Below are positions 59,699-64,000 of a DNA stretch of 64,000 nucleotides, in pieces. Position 1 is the stretch's first letter. Each line of letters begins with the position of its first letter. The notes beneath the pieces were generated by a model. It saw nothing but the letters and a program-made list of their open reading frames with translations. It had not been told where the DNA came from and did no database searches. Source of the DNA: Rebecca billardiae RCC1528 (taxonomy: Eukaryota; Protista; Haptophyta). Location: positions 434,001 through 498,000 of the forward strand of contig OZ251238.1 in NCBI GenBank assembly GCA_965240325.2, written 5' to 3'. The translations under genes and the position numbers were made by a program.

Positions 59699-60992
59699 AT
59701 GAAGCTCTCCGTGGCGCTCCTCGGCGCTTTCGCCCCGGTCGTGATGGGCCTGTCGGCGACGCCCATCGCTCGGCGTGGTGGCGTCTCGCTTCCGTCGCGC
59801 GTGCACCTGACCTCGCGCGCGGGGAAGGCCTCGGCTGTGCTCATGGCGGGCGACTCGGGCGACGGGCGAGCCGCCGCGCTCGCGCTCGGCGCCGCGGTGC
59901 TGCTCGGCGGGGCGGGCGACGCGCACGCGGCCCGGAGCGGCGGCCGGATGGGCGGGAGCGTATCTCGTGGCGGCGGCTACAGCCGCGGCGGCGGCGGCGG
60001 CGGCTACGGCGGCGGCTACCGCGGCAACACAAACGTCATTGTGACACCCGGCTACTCTCCGTTTGGATTCTCGCCCTTTGGCTTTGGCTCGCCGTTCGGG
60101 TTCTCGCCGTTTGGCTTCGGCGGCGGCCTCTTCTTCTCGCCGCCATCGTGGCTGCTGCTCGCCGGCCTGGGCCTCATCCTCTTCCGCTCGAGCCGGGAGA
60201 GCCTCGAGATGGGCGGCGGGGCTGCCATGGGGCGCTCGCCAGGCGCGGCGCTGCTGCTGCAGGTGCGCACGGCACACGGCGCGCGCGCGCGCGCGCGCGC
60301 GCGCGTTGGCTGCGCGCGCCCACCGACCCCGGCCGCGAGGCGCGCGCGCGCACACACACAGGTCGGGCTGAACTGCCGCACGCGCTCGGGCTCGAGCATG
60401 TTCGGCAAGATGGAGCAGCTCGCCGCGACCGCGGACACTTCGACGGACGTCGGCCTGCAGCTGCTGGTCTCTGACACGTGCCTCGCGCTGCTGCGCTCGT
60501 CCAACGAGTGGGTCTCGGCGCGCACCGCGGGCGAGACGGCGGGGATGCTCGGGCGCGCGGACACGGAGGGCGGGTACCGCCGGCTGCTCATGACGGAGCG
60601 CTCCAAGTGGGAGCAGGAGGCCCGCCGCGGCGGCTCGGGCGGCGCGGGCGGAGGCCCGACCTACATGGTGGTCACCGTGATGGCTCTGCTCGAGTCGGGC
60701 TCGCCGCTGCCCGAGATCTCGTCGACGGCCGACCTGCGCGCGGCGCTGTCGCAGCTCGCGGGGGAGGTGGGCAAGGAGGTGCGCGAGCGCGCGGGCGCGC
60801 GCGGCGCGGCGCGCGGGCTCGGCGTGCGCGCCTCACCACGCGCGCGCGCGCCCTCGCCCCGCGCGTGCGCGCCGCCGCCGGCCGCAGGACAACCTGATCG
60901 CTGCGGACGTGCTGTGGACGCCGCAGGACGCGTCGGACACGCTCAGCCAGGACGACATGCTCGTCTACTTCCCCGAGCTGGTGGACATCTGA
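59699..60992 (+). CDS. FLAP1: DUF1517 / FLAP1-like plastid protein; exons 59699-60262, 60362-60778, 60888-60992
   Basis: SGGRMGG, Gly-rich stretch + TM, LQVGL, ADTST..GL..LVSDT.LALLR, YMVVT and VLWTPQ...DTLS..DM...FPEL. Confidence 0.85.
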
Positions 60993-61966
60993 GCGCGCGG
61001 CCGGGGCGCACACTTCGAGACTGGACGGCGTGGCACGGTCTCGCGCACACCAGCACGCCCGCTGGCCGTACTTGATCGTCGCGGGCCGCAGTCCCCGTCG
61101 CCCGGCGCTTCAATGTGATGATCATCGTCGCGCCGGTATTGGCTCTGCGCACTCCGCAGCCCGCTGACACCGCGGATGGCACCGTGCCCGTGGGACCATC
61201 GACAGACGGCCCGGGCTGCGGACTTCGGGCCTTGGTGGCGCAGGCCGCAGGGACTGGGGACTGGGGCCATGCCGCCGCCCGCTCGCAGCCATCGCAGCCC
61301 GCGGGTCCCGCGGGCACTGAGTCACTGACGCCGCGCGCCGCCGGCGCAGCGCTTGCGGCTCGGGGCCGGGGCCGGGGCCGCAGCCGCCGTCCCCCGTCGC
61401 GGCTGTCGCCGAGCCCGCGATCATGTCCGAGTAGCAGCATCGTCAGTTACACGCAGATTATCTGGAATAAACTGTACGCGCGCGCAGTATAGACTATAGT
61501 ACGGTTAAACTAGTCTGACCAGTGGCAGTTACCGCCGTAAGAGGCATGCATCACTATTCACTAATCCGATTACTAGTCATCCTTATCCCGTTAGGCCGTT
61601 TAATCCGGACGAGGTCGAGTAGATCGACAGTATATGACTATGAGTAGCGGCAGTGTCAGTGCTGTCTGCTGACACATCGTCATAATTCGTCGTCGGTCGA
61701 CATGATCATTCCCATATATATCATGGCCAGCAAGGACCTAAGCTACTTGAATGCTGGCATCATCCACTGACCACTGCGGGCACGGCCTCTGCACAGTGAC
61801 TCAGTGAGTGTCCTCGAGTGCAATAATGAGTGCCATATACGACCCGGAATCATGGTGACCGCCTCAGCCTGCGTTCTGCGCCCGGACATGGACTTGATAG
61901 CGACACGCTGGCCCTGGCCTGCGCGTCGCGAGCTGGACTCTGCCTGGGAGAGCCCGCGCCGCGCTC

Positions 61967-62402
61967 TCATGGACTCTCCGGCTCCCCCTGCTCAAACCTT
62001 GACAGCTCGTGCACAGCCGCAACGGCATCGCGCGCCTCCTCCTCCTCCTCCGTCACCGGCTTGGAGTACGAGGCGCGTGCAGGGGGCTTGACCTTGGTCA
62101 ACACGGGCATCGCCGGCTTAGCCGTGGGTCCAGCCTGCGCGCAAGCAAGCGTCGCGCGGGTGTGGGGCCACGTCGGCGCATGCTGGCGGCATGCGCGTTT
62201 TCACGCTGCGCGCGCGTACCGTTTTCCTGATCGCGGTCGAGCCAGACGCTTTCGGCGCGGTCTTCTCACCACGGAGGCGCGCCTCGAACTCCTCGATGTC
62301 CTTGCTCACCTGATCCGCATCGTCGTTCTCCGCGTCGCTGTCCCCGAGCTGGTATGTGTCCTCCAGCGACACGGCTGCCATCTGCTTCTCGGCAGTCGCC
62401 AT
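61967..62402 (-). CDS. Hypothetical acidic protein (116 aa); exons 62402-62220, 62134-61967
   Basis: Canonical 85-nt intron joins two open frames; divergent from the gene at 62563. Confidence 0.55.
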
Positions 62403-62562
62403 CCCTAACCGCCGCTTGACCAGCTGGGTCGGGTCCTTGGCTCCTTGCGTGCGGGTTGCTGCGGCCGTTCGTGACGCGAGATACTAGTATCTCCACATGT
62501 ACAGGACTTTTCGATTCGAACACCGGCTTGCTTGCAGCATCAAACCGCCATCAGCATCCATC

Positions 62563-63480
62563 ATGGCGGAGGCGCGGTATGACGTCGAGACGCTGCTGCA
62601 GGAGGTCATCCAGCTCGAGTCGCGCGTGGGCGCGATGCAGACCGAGCGGCTGGATCTCGAGCAGCGCGTGCTCGTCGCGCAGCAGCGGCAGGCGCAGCAC
62701 ATGCGCCCGCATGCCGATCCGGAGGCCGTCGAGAAGATGGCGGAAACGCGGCTACGGCGGCAACTCGAAAACGTGCGCGCGCAGATCACCGCCAAGGAGA
62801 CGGAGATGGCGGAGCTGCTCGAGAGGGATCCGCGCGCCGCGCTCGTGGTCCAGGTGCAGCAAGGCGTGGACAAGTACGTCGGCGAGTCCCGCCGGCTGCG
62901 CCGCGCGCTGCACGAGCAGAAGGCGCTCGTCCAGCTCGGCCCTCGGCCCGCGTCCAAGCTGCCCACCGCTGAGCTCGAGGTCACGCAGTTGCGCACGCAG
63001 CTGCAGGAGGCGCAGAAGGAGATCGCGGCGCTGCGCGAGCAGACGGACGCGCTGAATAGCGAGGCCGTTCGCTGGGAGGAGCAACAGGGCGAGCTCAGTG
63101 GGGCTCTCAAGTAGGGCGCAGCGCGCCACCTGACCCTCGTGGCGCGCTCGGCACCGTCAGGCGCTCATGCGCGCGCGTCGCTCCGCGCGCACACTTGACT
63201 TTCCCTCCCCCCGCCCTCGCGCGCCACGTCTAGGCGGGAGGACGAGCACGCGGGCGGACCCGTGGGCTCACACGCCGAGGGCGAGCGCGCCATCCGCGCG
63301 GCGCTTGCCGAGCTGGACGCGTCGGAGGCGCTCGCCGAGCAGCGGCACGCGGTGCAGCTCGACGAGCTCCGCGCTGAGAACGAGGCGCTGGAGGCGAAGC
63401 TGGAGGAGGTGACGCGGCAGATGAGCGTGCTGCGAGAAGGGATGCCGCACTACGCCGCGCTGAACGCCGCGGGGGCCTGA
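62563..63480 (+). CDS. Coiled-coil protein; exons 62563-63110, 63234-63480
   Basis: Continuous heptad pattern; GT-AG intron 63111-63233 links the two ORFs in frame. Confidence 0.7.
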
Positions 63481-63891
63481 GCGAGCGCGGTGGGAGCGAG
63501 CGTGAGCGCAGCGGCAGCGGCGGCTGAGTCGGCCGCCGGGCCCTATCTCGTCGTGGACCGAGGGCGAGAAGTAAGAGCATATCACCATGAGCAGCGCCAC
63601 TGTCACAGCCAGCAGGCGCATCTGGGACACCCGCCCTGCTGTGGTGCCAGCCTGTGCCGCGTAGGCTTGACAATCGGATGTCGTTACTCGGGCGGGCACC
63701 GCGTATATATACTGATCATATATATATCGGCTGCGATCGGAGCGGCTGACTCCGCGCGGATCCCGGGGCCGGCTGATGCGGGCGCGCGGCCGACGGCGGC
63801 ACCGTGACCGCGGCACGAATTAATCCGCGCCACGATGGCAGCGAGCGCAGACCCGGAGTGCCACGGGCACGACGGTCAGTATAGTGATCGA

Positions 63892-63930
63892 TCTCTCTCT
63901 CTCTCTCGACTCTCTCTCTCTCTCTCTCCG

Positions 63931-64000
<70 letters not shown>
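63892..64000. repeat. (CT)n microsatellite running off the window end
   Basis: Directly visible. Confidence 0.95.

Overview
Very GC-rich eukaryotic nuclear DNA with short, CG-rich GT-AG introns. A flagellar CCDC40 and signal-peptide-type plastid presequences (nuclear rpl35, FLAP1-like) suggest a flagellated alga with a complex plastid; a haptophyte such as Pavlovales is my inference only. About 21 host genes are supported, 14 of them in seven tight head-to-head pairs. They include an MFS transporter, a Venus-flytrap/Cys-rich membrane receptor, CCDC40, an STE20 kinase with a CEP164-like WW module, a chlorophyllase-like hydrolase, a GMC oxidoreductase, a uS2-like protein, DUF5522, CLPTM1, rpl35, NDUFB11, a GOLD protein, a sulfotransferase and FLAP1. 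Gene islands are separated by AT-rich, microsatellite-containing spacers holding mobile DNA. The main finding is five non-autonomous insertions in three subfamilies that share one end design: G...C termini sitting between a T and an A, a short inverted repeat that is terminal at one end and subterminal at the other, and a 3'-terminal hairpin. One is a precise head-to-tail dimer, and two share ends but carry unrelated cargo. This resembles rolling-circle (Helitron2/Helentron-like) elements with non-canonical ends, but no transposase is present in the window. Also present are a TIR element whose left TIR is split by a second inverted-repeat element, a 5'-truncated non-LTR retrotransposon with RNase H, CCHC and OTU-like domains, and five solo TA|CAGT ends. 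All calls come from reading the sequence; no searches were run.
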